DNA from: an uncultured Prevotellaceae bacterium
GTDB taxonomy: Bacteria; Bacteroidota; Bacteroidia; Bacteroidales; Bacteroidaceae
Assembly (NCBI GenBank): GCA_902794405.1
Contig: CADBHI010000024.1
Coordinates: 5,603-69,602, forward strand
Direction: 5' to 3'
Length of the DNA: 64,000 nucleotides
Within the stretch, counting starts at the first letter, position 1; each line of letters begins with the position of its first letter. The notes below the pieces were generated by a model, which was not told the DNA's origin, searched no databases, and saw nothing but the letters and a program-made list of their open reading frames with translations. Below, in pieces: positions 19,609 through 28,136 of this stretch. Position numbers and translations under genes: made by a program.

Positions 19609-20026
19609 TACAAGTCGACTCGTGAGGGATTCCACAAGCTCATCAAGGACTACGGCACCCACATACTGGTATCGGCCAAGTTGGGCGGCAGACTGACCTA
19701 CGCCACCACCATCGACGTGAGCAATGTAGAGAACAGCTACGACCTGAATGCCTTTGCCAAGTGCAGCTACAAGAACAAGTTCATCGACGCCTCGGTCAGC
19801 GTGAGCGACAGCCTGAAGCAGTCGGTAAAGGAGAACAGCAAGTCGGTCAGGGTCGAGGTGTTCGCATCGGGCGGTGGCGACCATCAATGGCAATGAAAAG
19901 TTATACATACCCAGCGACGACGGTGGTGTATTGGTACGGGCCGACGGAACCTTCAGAAATGTCTGGATCTACGATACAACTAAGGCCTACGTCCGCGTGG
20001 TTCAGCCCATCTATCGCACGAACTAA
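19609..20026 (+). pseudogene. MACPF-domain gene remnant
   Basis: LIKDYGTHILVSAKLGGRL matches the MACPF signature (Y-G-T-H-x7-G-G). There is no start codon, and a frame break at about 19879 leads into a 48-codon tail. Confidence 0.65.
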
Positions 20027-20049
20027 TCATCCGCCACACACACTCACAT

Positions 20050-20084
20050 AAAAAAAGGCTTCCCTCGCGGGAAGCTTTTTTTTT
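20050..20084. terminator. Bidirectional intrinsic terminator
   Basis: A-run, gcttcc/ggaagc stem, T-run. Confidence 0.75.
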
Positions 20085-20230
20085 CGGTAAATTTACAATA
20101 TATAGGAAAAAGGTTGTCGTAGACAAAAACGATTTTGAATGATAAAAAAAACAAAAGATTTGGGCGGGATGGGCGATAATAGAGAAAAAAGTAGTAACTT
20201 TGCAGGCTGAAATTAAAATAAGGTAGAATA

Positions 20231-21265
20231 ATGAACTTTCTTGATAGAAACGAATTCAATTTTGAACCAAGCCAGAAAGTGCTTGATGCTGTAAAGAACT
20301 TTGATGCCCACGACCTGTGCTTCTATACCCGTATTTACGACCAGGGTAAGAAGAGCGTCATTTCTGTCCGTGTGAGTGAAATCTATGGCGTGCCCGAGGA
20401 GCAGGTGCTGTTAGCTTACGGTGGTGAGGAGATATTGAAGAATGCCATCCACTATTTCCTGATGGAGGGAACGAACAAGACCATTCTTATTCCTGAGTTC
20501 TCGTGGTGGTATTATAATAAGGTGGCAAGCGAGTGTGGCGGTTCGTTCGAGATGTATCCTCTGCATGAGCAGGACGACACGTTTGCCTACGACGTTGACG
20601 AGGTGATAGAATACACCAACCGAATTCATCCGCGTATGCTGCTGTTGGCCTCGCCCAACAACCCGACTGGCAACAGCCTGACGAGTGAAGAGATTGGCCG
20701 TATCATGGAGAATATTCCCAACGACACGATGGTGCTTGTGGACGAGGCTTACGCCAGCTTTATTACCACCGATACCGACTACATTGCGCCGTTGGTGAAC
20801 AAGTATAACAACCTGATCATCTCGCGTACGCTGTCGAAGTTCTACGGACTGCCTGGTCTTCGCTGCGGTTTCGGATTCATTGGCAAGGGTCACGACCAGT
20901 TCCTGAGCTATTCAAACAAATACTTAGGCTTCAACCGCTTTGCCGAGGCTGTGGCAATTGCCGCCTTGGAGAGCGACGACCACTATCGTCGCGTGGCCGA
21001 TGAGATGGAGTGGGGTCGTCAGCTTTACAAGAGCGAACTGGGCCATCTGCCTGGCTTTAAGGTATATAAGTCGGTGGCAAACTTTATTCTCATTAAGTAT
21101 CCTATTGAGATCAAGGAGGCTCTGATGGAGGCGCTGAAGATTCAGGAGTATAAGATTAAGTTTATGGGTGACCCAGGTCTGGAGTCTTGCCTGCGCATCA
21201 CTTTAGGTCGCCGTGAGCAGACGCAGACGGTGGTTGATACGATTAAGAAGGTGTTAGGTGTATGA
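20231..21265 (+). CDS. PLP-dependent class I/II aminotransferase or decarboxylase (HisC/CobD-like)
   Basis: SPNNPTG, DEAY and RTLSKFYGLPGLRCG. Confidence 0.85.
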   Translation: MNFLDRNEFNFEPSQKVLDAVKNFDAHDLCFYTRIYDQGKKSVISVRVSEIYGVPEEQVLLAYGGEEILKNAIHYFLMEGTNKTILIPEFSWWYYNKVASECGGSFEMYPLHEQDDTFAYDVDEVIEYTNRIHPRMLLLASPNNPTGNSLTSEEIGRIMENIPNDTMVLVDEAYASFITTDTDYIAPLVNKYNNLIISRTLSKFYGLPGLRCGFGFIGKGHDQFLSYSNKYLGFNRFAEAVAIAALESDDHYRRVADEMEWGRQLYKSELGHLPGFKVYKSVANFILIKYPIEIKEALMEALKIQEYKIKFMGDPGLESCLRITLGRREQTQTVVDTIKKVLGV

Positions 21266-22242
21266 ACGAGAAATACAAAGCAACACTGAAGTCGACAGAA
21301 ACGGAAGACTGGCTTGACCTCCATGTCATTCGTCCGTTCTGTTACTACTGTGCCGTTTTCTTTGCCAAGTTTGATATCCATCCCAATACGGTTACCATCT
21401 GGTCGATGATTGTCGGCGCTGCCAGTGCCATCTTCTTTGGCTGCGGCAGTTTCTACTATGGTGGCACGATGGGATTGGTCTATAACGTGATAGCCATTGT
21501 GCTGCTGATGATAGCCGACGTGCTTGACTGTACGGATGGTCAGTTGGCCCGACTGACGGGCAAGAAGAGCCGCATAGGGCGCATACTCGACGGCGTGGCC
21601 GGTTTTGCGTGGTTCATACCCATCTATCACGTTTTGGTGTGGCGTTTCTACAACCACCACGAGTTGGAGTTCAGTTTCTTGGGCATTCCCGACACCGAGC
21701 AGAATGTGCTCATCGTTACGGCAGTGGTCTACGTACTCGGACTGATAGCTGGTATAGCCGGACTGGCTGGCCAGCAGCGTTTGGCCGACTATTATATTCA
21801 GGTACATCTCTTCTTCCTGAAGGGTGAGAAGGGCAGCGAGCTTGACAACTCGCAGCGTCAGCAGGAGATCTACGACCAGATGCCGCAGGATGCTCCGAAG
21901 TATGAGCGTTATTTCCAGAAGTCGTATATCGACTACACGAAGAAGCAGGAGGCTGTGACCCCTCAGTTCCAGCGCCTGATGAAGAAGCTGCGCGAGAAAT
22001 TCGGCAGCAGCGACCAGATTCCTGCTGAGGTGCGTGAGGAGTTCCGCCAGAAGTCGCTGCCAGTCATTTTCTGGAATGGCCTGCTGACCTTCAATTTCCG
22101 CGAGTCGTGGCTTTTCCTGTTCTGTCTGCTCGACATCCCCGTTGCACACTTCGTGTTTGAGATTGTTGTCATGGGACTGCTCTGGAAGTATGTCAACCAT
22201 CGTCACGAGTCCTTCTGCCGTCAGATGGCCGACAAGCTCTAA
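21262..22242 (+). CDS. CDP-alcohol phosphatidyltransferase family protein
   Basis: HPNTVT and the DCTDGQLARLTGKKSRIGRILD motif. Confidence 0.9.
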   Translation: MNEKYKATLKSTETEDWLDLHVIRPFCYYCAVFFAKFDIHPNTVTIWSMIVGAASAIFFGCGSFYYGGTMGLVYNVIAIVLLMIADVLDCTDGQLARLTGKKSRIGRILDGVAGFAWFIPIYHVLVWRFYNHHELEFSFLGIPDTEQNVLIVTAVVYVLGLIAGIAGLAGQQRLADYYIQVHLFFLKGEKGSELDNSQRQQEIYDQMPQDAPKYERYFQKSYIDYTKKQEAVTPQFQRLMKKLREKFGSSDQIPAEVREEFRQKSLPVIFWNGLLTFNFRESWLFLFCLLDIPVAHFVFEIVVMGLLWKYVNHRHESFCRQMADKL

Positions 22243-22265
22243 GTACTCTTTCATAGCACTCTGTC

Positions 22266-23306
22266 ATGAAGCTCAGTAAACAGCAGCTTAACAATATCTT
22301 CTTTGTCGTGGGTGTGCTTGCCTGCGTGGTCATGCTGTTTACTTTCGACGTCAGTTTCGTCGAACTGTGGGATCATCTCTGCCATGCGGGTTACTGGCTT
22401 ATTCCTATCATTGGTGTATGGGTGATTATCTACGGTATCAATGCGTGGTCGTGGTTTACCATTATCAGCAGTAAGATTCGTGGTACGGGTGAGCATGTCA
22501 ACTTTAGCCGTGTCTACCGCCTAACCATCACAGGCTATGCGCTGAACTACGCCACACCCGTAGGTGGACTTGGGGGCGAACCCTACCGTATCTTGGAACT
22601 GTCGCGCGACGTCAGTAAGGAGCATGCCACCTCCAGCGTCATCCTCTATGCCATGATGCATTTCTTTGCGCATTTCTGGTTCTGGTTCTCCAGCATATTC
22701 ATTTATATAGCATTAGCAGCCGTTGGCGACCTGCCTATCAATACCGCTATCGGCACCACGCTGGGCATCATCATCGTGTTCTGCCTGATTGCGTTTTACG
22801 TCTTTGCCAAGGGCTACCGTAACGGGTTGGTGGTGAAGACGCTCCGATGGATAGGCCACATTCCAGGACTAAAGGGCTGGAGTGCGCGTTTCCGCGAGAA
22901 GCATGCCGAGTCGCTGGCCAATATCGACGAACAGATAGCTGCCCTCCATGCTGAGGACAAGCGTGCGTTCTATAAGAGCCTATTGCTGGAGTATCTGTCA
23001 CGCGTTGTGCAGAGCAGCGAGGTGTTTTTCATGCTTTTGCTCTTCGGCATCGATAATGGTGGCGGCTTTGCGGGGCTGCTTATTACCTATCTGCACAGCA
23101 TTCTCATCGTGTCGTTCACCACGCTCTTTGCCAATCTGATAGGTTTCCTGCCCATGCAGTTAGGTGTTCAGGAGGGAGGCTTCGTACTCTCCATCGCTGC
23201 CCTCGGCCTTTCTGCTGCCCTCGGCATCTTTGTCAGCATCATCTGCCGAGTGCGTGAAATCATCTGGATTTTCATCGGTATGTTTCTTATGAAAATTCGA
23301 GGGTAA
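22266..23306 (+). CDS. Lysylphosphatidylglycerol synthase TM-domain (flippase-like) protein
   Basis: NYATPVGGLGGEPYR, PMQLGVQEGG and multiple TM helices. Confidence 0.8.
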   Translation: MKLSKQQLNNIFFVVGVLACVVMLFTFDVSFVELWDHLCHAGYWLIPIIGVWVIIYGINAWSWFTIISSKIRGTGEHVNFSRVYRLTITGYALNYATPVGGLGGEPYRILELSRDVSKEHATSSVILYAMMHFFAHFWFWFSSIFIYIALAAVGDLPINTAIGTTLGIIIVFCLIAFYVFAKGYRNGLVVKTLRWIGHIPGLKGWSARFREKHAESLANIDEQIAALHAEDKRAFYKSLLLEYLSRVVQSSEVFFMLLLFGIDNGGGFAGLLITYLHSILIVSFTTLFANLIGFLPMQLGVQEGGFVLSIAALGLSAALGIFVSIICRVREIIWIFIGMFLMKIRG

Positions 23307-23314
23307 GGGAAGGA

Positions 23315-23608
23315 TGTAGGATTGTCCCCCCAAAAAATCCCTCTCTTGTAGGATTGTCCCCCAAAGATATCCCCTCCCTTGTAGGGGAGGGGCAGGGGTG
23401 GGGTCAGTAACCAGGACAAAATACAGACCCCGCCCCCAACCCCTCCCCTTGATGGGAGGGGAGAACTGTGGAGACCAACCTACAAAGGAGGGGAGAGCTG
23501 TACAAAGGAGGGGAGAACTGTGGAGACCAACCTACAAAGGAGGGGAGAGCTGTACAAAGGAGGGGAGAGCTGTGGAGACCAATCTACAAAGGAGGGGAGA
23601 GCTGTGGG
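23315..23608. repeat. REP pair flanked by short tandem amplifications
   Basis: Two tgtaggattgtccccc copies, an inverted REP pair at 23370-23462, then alternating 32-nt and 20-nt units starting ggaggggaga (52-nt period). Confidence 0.8.
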
Positions 23609-23614
23609 GAGTTA

Positions 23615-24346
23615 CTAATACAATTCCGCAGGGATGAGCTGCTTGGCATTCTCAAAGTCTTCGACGGTGTCAAGCTCACAGGAGAAGAGGTCGCTGACGT
23701 CGAGTACCTTGTAGGTATGCCCCTGGCGGAGCAGCCGCTCGAAGGCTAGTTCGTAGAATTTGTTCTCTAAGTGCTCATCGTTCATCATGGTTTCCAGCTC
23801 GGCATAGAGAGCCTTAGTGTAGCTGCGTCCCATCTTCTCGATGCCTAAGCTTTCGCCGGCAGCAGCCTCGGGTGAGCAGGTCTTACTAATTTCGGTGATG
23901 CTTCCCTCAGTATCGACCACGACCTTCATCTCCTCTTCGCCTAACTCGTGGCGTATCAGCGTCAGCACGTTGTCGGCCTCGTTCTGAAGCACCCGCTTGA
24001 CGATGTTTCCGTCGTAAAGCAGGTCGCTGTCGAGTAACAGTATCTCCTCACCGTCAGCCACCGGACGTGCTAACCACAGCGAGTAGATGTTGTTGGTGGT
24101 GGCAAAGTCGGCATTGTGGATGAAAGTGACCTTCACGTTGGGATAATGCTCGTTGACGAACTGCTCGATCTGCTCATGCAGATAGCCAGTGACGATGCAG
24201 AACTCGGTAATACCGTTCTGGCACAACGCATCCATAGAGCGTTGCAGCAGGGGGCGCTCACCGATTTTCAGCAGGCACTTGGGGGTAAAATTTGTCAGCG
24301 GGCGCAGCCTTGAAGCTGTGCCCGCTGCCAGAATGATAGCTTTCAT
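23615..24346 (-). CDS. Phosphocholine cytidylyltransferase family (LicC-like) NTP transferase
   Basis: ILAAGTASRLRPLT..PKCLL, TNNIYSL and ELDTVEDF. Confidence 0.85.
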   Translation of the reverse strand: MKAIILAAGTASRLRPLTNFTPKCLLKIGERPLLQRSMDALCQNGITEFCIVTGYLHEQIEQFVNEHYPNVKVTFIHNADFATTNNIYSLWLARPVADGEEILLLDSDLLYDGNIVKRVLQNEADNVLTLIRHELGEEEMKVVVDTEGSITEISKTCSPEAAAGESLGIEKMGRSYTKALYAELETMMNDEHLENKFYELAFERLLRQGHTYKVLDVSDLFSCELDTVEDFENAKQLIPAELY

Positions 24347-24352
24347 AAAAAA

Positions 24353-25366
24353 TTACTTGCCGTTCAGAGCCAGACTTACCTCCACGGCGATAGATACTGT
24401 AGCACCTACCATCGGGTTGTTACCAATGCCGAGGAAGCCCATCATCTCAACGTGAGCAGGCACTGAGCTTGAACCTGCGAACTGAGCGTCAGAGTGCATG
24501 CGCCCCAGGGTGTCGGTCATACCGTAAGAGGCAGGACCTGCAGCCATGTTATCGGGGTGCAGTGTACGACCTGTACCACCACCAGAAGCTACTGAGAAGT
24601 AGGGCTTGCCAGCGAGCACGCGCTCCTTCTTATAGGTACCGGCAACAGGGTGCTGGAAGCGGGTGGGGTTGGTAGAGTTACCAGTAATCGACACGTCGAC
24701 GTTCTCCTTCCACAGGATGGCAACACCCTCGCGGACATCGTCGGCACCGTAGCACTTCACCTTGGCACGGGGACCGTCAGAGTAGGGAGTCTCCTTGACG
24801 ACCTTCACCTCACCAGTGTAGTAGTCGAACTGGGTCTGTACGTATGTGAAGCCGTTGATACGGCTGATGATCATAGCGGCATCCTTGCCCAGACCGTTCA
24901 GGATAACGCGCAGAGGCTTCTGGCGAACCTTGTTGGCCTTCTCGGCAATCTTGATGGCACCCTCAGCGGCAGCGAAGCTCTCGTGACCAGCCAGGAAGGC
25001 GAAGCACTCGGTCTCCTCGCGGAGCAGACGGGCAGCCAGGTTACCGTGACCCAGACCCACCTTACGGTCGTCGGCCACTGAGCCGGGAATGCAGAATGAC
25101 TGCAGGCCGATACCGATGGCCTCGGCAGCGTCGGCAGCGTTCTTCACGCCCTTCTTGATGGCAATGGCGGCACCACAAACGTATGCCCACTTAGCATTCT
25201 CGAAGCAGATGCGCTGAGTGTCCTCACACATCTGGTAGGGGTCAACACCAGCCTTCTCGCAAATCTCGTTGGCCTCTTCGATGCTGCTGATTCCGTTCTC
25301 TTTCAGAGCGGCCAGTACCTGGTTGATACGACGCTCGTAGCTCTCGAAACTAACTTTTCTAATCAT
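24353..25366 (-). CDS. GGGtGRT protein
   Basis: Contains the literal SGGGTGRTLHPDN motif and is paired with a NifU-like gene. Confidence 0.92.
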   Translation of the reverse strand: MIRKVSFESYERRINQVLAALKENGISSIEEANEICEKAGVDPYQMCEDTQRICFENAKWAYVCGAAIAIKKGVKNAADAAEAIGIGLQSFCIPGSVADDRKVGLGHGNLAARLLREETECFAFLAGHESFAAAEGAIKIAEKANKVRQKPLRVILNGLGKDAAMIISRINGFTYVQTQFDYYTGEVKVVKETPYSDGPRAKVKCYGADDVREGVAILWKENVDVSITGNSTNPTRFQHPVAGTYKKERVLAGKPYFSVASGGGTGRTLHPDNMAAGPASYGMTDTLGRMHSDAQFAGSSSVPAHVEMMGFLGIGNNPMVGATVSIAVEVSLALNGK

Positions 25367-25381
25367 AATATGTGTCCTCCT

Positions 25382-26083
25382 TTATTCTTCACGTGGGTCA
25401 ATAGCTTTAACGATTCCCTGCTCAGCGGTGGTGCGACCATAGCTGCCGGTAAACTTCTTCACTGCCTCATTGGCGTCCATGCCGCCCTTGATGGCTTCCA
25501 TCATCTTGCCTAAGTGTACATACTCGTAACCGCAGACCTGATTGTCCTTGTCGAGGAACTGCTTGGTGATGTAACCCTCGGTCAGCTCCAGATAGCGTGT
25601 ACCCTTGGCAACAGTACCATAGAGTGTACCTGTCTGAGAACGCAGACCCTTACCCAGGTCTTCCAAACCGGCACCGATGACCAGACCACCCTCAGAGAAG
25701 GCACTCTGTGTACGGCCGTAGACAATCTGGAGGAACAGCTCGCGCATAGCGGTGTTGATGGCGTCGCAAACGAGGTCTGTGTTAAGAGCCTCGAGGATGG
25801 TCTTGCCGGGGAGAATCTCAGAAGCCATAGCGGCAGAGTGGGTCATACCCGTGCAGCCGATGGTCTCGACGAGAGCCTCCTGGATGATACCGTCCTTCAC
25901 GTTCAGCGACAGCTTGCAGGCACCCTGCTGAGGTGCGCACCAGCCGATACCGTGAGTGTAACCTGAGATGTCCTTGATCTCCTTTGCCTGAATCCATTTG
26001 CCCTCTTCAGGAATGGGGGCGGGTCCGTGGTTAGGACCTTTTGCAACAACACACATGTTGTTGACTTCGTTAGAATACTGCAT
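25382..26083 (-). CDS. NifU/IscU-like Fe-S scaffold family protein
   Basis: GWCAPQQGACKL, ETIGCTGMTHS and DLVCDA. Confidence 0.85.
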   Translation of the reverse strand: MQYSNEVNNMCVVAKGPNHGPAPIPEEGKWIQAKEIKDISGYTHGIGWCAPQQGACKLSLNVKDGIIQEALVETIGCTGMTHSAAMASEILPGKTILEALNTDLVCDAINTAMRELFLQIVYGRTQSAFSEGGLVIGAGLEDLGKGLRSQTGTLYGTVAKGTRYLELTEGYITKQFLDKDNQVCGYEYVHLGKMMEAIKGGMDANEAVKKFTGSYGRTTAEQGIVKAIDPREE

Positions 26084-26220
26084 ATTAATACGTATAAATA
26101 AAAATGTTGATTCAAATCACCTGCAAAGATACGAAATAATACCTAATATTTGGTATAAAGCCATCCGACTTTAACCTAATTTAAATATACCATACTTGCA
26201 CAATCCATCAAAAGACCTTA

Positions 26221-26967
26221 TTATTTTCCTAAAAACCGGCGTTCAATGTAGCGATTGAATTGTTCCTTGTAGCTCTCTCCGATGGGCAGGTAGGTGTCGT
26301 TGTCTAAGATGACGCGGTTCTTGTTTACCTCCATAATCTTGTCGAGGTTCACGATGTAGGAGCGATGAATGCGCATGAAGTTCTGTGGCAGTTTCTCTTC
26401 GAGCGTCTTCATGGCCAGCAGCGTGATAATGGGCTTGGGCTGGTTGTCGAGGAACAGTTTCAGATACTCTGACATTCCTTCGATGTAGCGTATGTCCTGA
26501 ATGCTGATCTTCACCATGCGGTAATCGGTCTTGATAAAGATGGTGTCGTCGTCTGATTGTGGATGGTGTATGGTGGATGGTGGAGTGTGGATGGTGGATG
26601 GTGGAGTGTGGATAGTGAGTCGCTCTTGCAGTCTGTTTGCAGCTCGCATAAAATCCTGAAGGCCGAAAGGTTTGAGCAGGTAGTCGACGGCATCTACTTT
26701 GAATCCTTCCACCGCATATTCGGAATAGGCTGTGGTAAAGACAATGAGCGGCGGTGCCTGGAGTGACTTTACAAAGTCCATGCCGTTGAGGTCGGGCATG
26801 TTGATGTCGCAGAAGATGGCGTCGATGGCTTCCTCATTCAGAAGGTGACGGGCCTCAATGGCACTCTGACACTGGCCTGCCAGTTCAAGGAAGGGCACCT
26901 TGCCGATGTAGGTCACAAGCTGACGAAGTGCCAGCGGTTCGTCGTCGATGGCTAATACTCTGATCAT
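26221..26967 (-). CDS. LytTR-family response regulator
   Basis: IDDEPLA receiver, DYLLKP and FMRIHRSYIVN; heptamer-repeat linker. Confidence 0.92.
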   Translation of the reverse strand: MIRVLAIDDEPLALRQLVTYIGKVPFLELAGQCQSAIEARHLLNEEAIDAIFCDINMPDLNGMDFVKSLQAPPLIVFTTAYSEYAVEGFKVDAVDYLLKPFGLQDFMRAANRLQERLTIHTPPSTIHTPPSTIHHPQSDDDTIFIKTDYRMVKISIQDIRYIEGMSEYLKLFLDNQPKPIITLLAMKTLEEKLPQNFMRIHRSYIVNLDKIMEVNKNRVILDNDTYLPIGESYKEQFNRYIERRFLGK

Positions 26968-26973
26968 ATATCC

Positions 26974-28113
26974 TTATAACGGAATGGTGAGCTGGATATT
27001 GTATTCCTGTGGCTCGTTGTTGATGTCTAAAGTAAAGTTCTTTCCATATATTAAATCCAATCTTTGTTTCACATTCTGTAGTCCTATGCCACCATGGTGC
27101 TCTTCTTCGTTGGGAATCTTGCTGTTGCGGCATGAGAACTTGAGTTGACTGTCTGAAATCTGAATACTGATGTCGATGAACGATGGCTGCTGGTAGCTGA
27201 CTCCGTGCTTGAAGGCGTTCTCCACGAAGGTGATGAAGAGAAGTGGCGGAATCTCGCAGTTGGGCAGTTCGTCGGGTTTGTTGACGGTGATACTCACCTT
27301 ATCAGTATAGCGCAGTCTCATCAGCGTGATGTAGTGGTCGAGGAAGTCCAGTTCGTGATAAAGCGGCACGGTGGGCTTGTTACCCTCGTAGAGCACAAAG
27401 CGTAGCATCTTCGACAGTTCCACGATGCTCTCCTTCGACAGTTCGGGGTCGATGTCAACCAGTGCGTGGATGTTGTTCAGGGTGTTCATCAGGAAGTGAG
27501 GGTTCAGCTGGTATTTCAGATATTCCAACTGCTGTTCCAGGTTCTGCTTCTCGAGCTTGGCCAGTTGCAGTTGGTCGCGTCGCTGCTTAAAGTAGAGCTT
27601 GATGCCGAGGTTGGCAAAGAGCATCAGCACCAGCATAACGATGACCGTCAGGTCGTGAAGGCTGAACATCTGGGGAGGGTGGGGGCCACCTGGCTTCCTG
27701 TCAGGCTTTTCCATGCCGTTTGGCCTGTGTGGTGGTCGTCTGTCGCCGAATTCTGGCGGTGGCCTATGTCCTTCCCTCATTTCGAAACGAGGACCGGGCT
27801 CGTGCCTGTCTCCAGGACCTGTGCTGCACTGGTAGATGGAGAACGCTACCACAAGGGTTGTCACGATGGAGAAGTAGATCACCTTCTTCTGCTTGTAGAC
27901 CAGCAAGGGTGCCAGTAGGTGGTTGTGGATAATGAAGATGACCAAGAATAGGGCAAACTCCCGCCAAACCATGAATATCTCGCTCCAGTCGAAGTTTTGA
28001 GTGCCATCGTTAACGGTACGTATATACAGGCTCAGTACTGGTGCCATGAAGAGCAGTCCCCATAGCACCAGATAGATGAGCGTTTCCTGTTTTTTGTTCT
28101 TTGAAAATGACAT
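26974..28113 (-). CDS. LytS-like sensor histidine kinase
   Basis: LKYQLNPHFLMNTLNNI, ENAFKHG and GGIGLQN. Confidence 0.92.
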   Translation of the reverse strand: MSFSKNKKQETLIYLVLWGLLFMAPVLSLYIRTVNDGTQNFDWSEIFMVWREFALFLVIFIIHNHLLAPLLVYKQKKVIYFSIVTTLVVAFSIYQCSTGPGDRHEPGPRFEMREGHRPPPEFGDRRPPHRPNGMEKPDRKPGGPHPPQMFSLHDLTVIVMLVLMLFANLGIKLYFKQRRDQLQLAKLEKQNLEQQLEYLKYQLNPHFLMNTLNNIHALVDIDPELSKESIVELSKMLRFVLYEGNKPTVPLYHELDFLDHYITLMRLRYTDKVSITVNKPDELPNCEIPPLLFITFVENAFKHGVSYQQPSFIDISIQISDSQLKFSCRNSKIPNEEEHHGGIGLQNVKQRLDLIYGKNFTLDINNEPQEYNIQLTIPL

Positions 28114-28136
28114 AGCTCAAGTTGTATGTGTTTCTT

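Noticed and set aside
23455-23608. CRISPR-like array
   Set aside because: The intervening sequences are themselves repeated (no unique spacers), the units derive from the REP end, and there are no cas genes.
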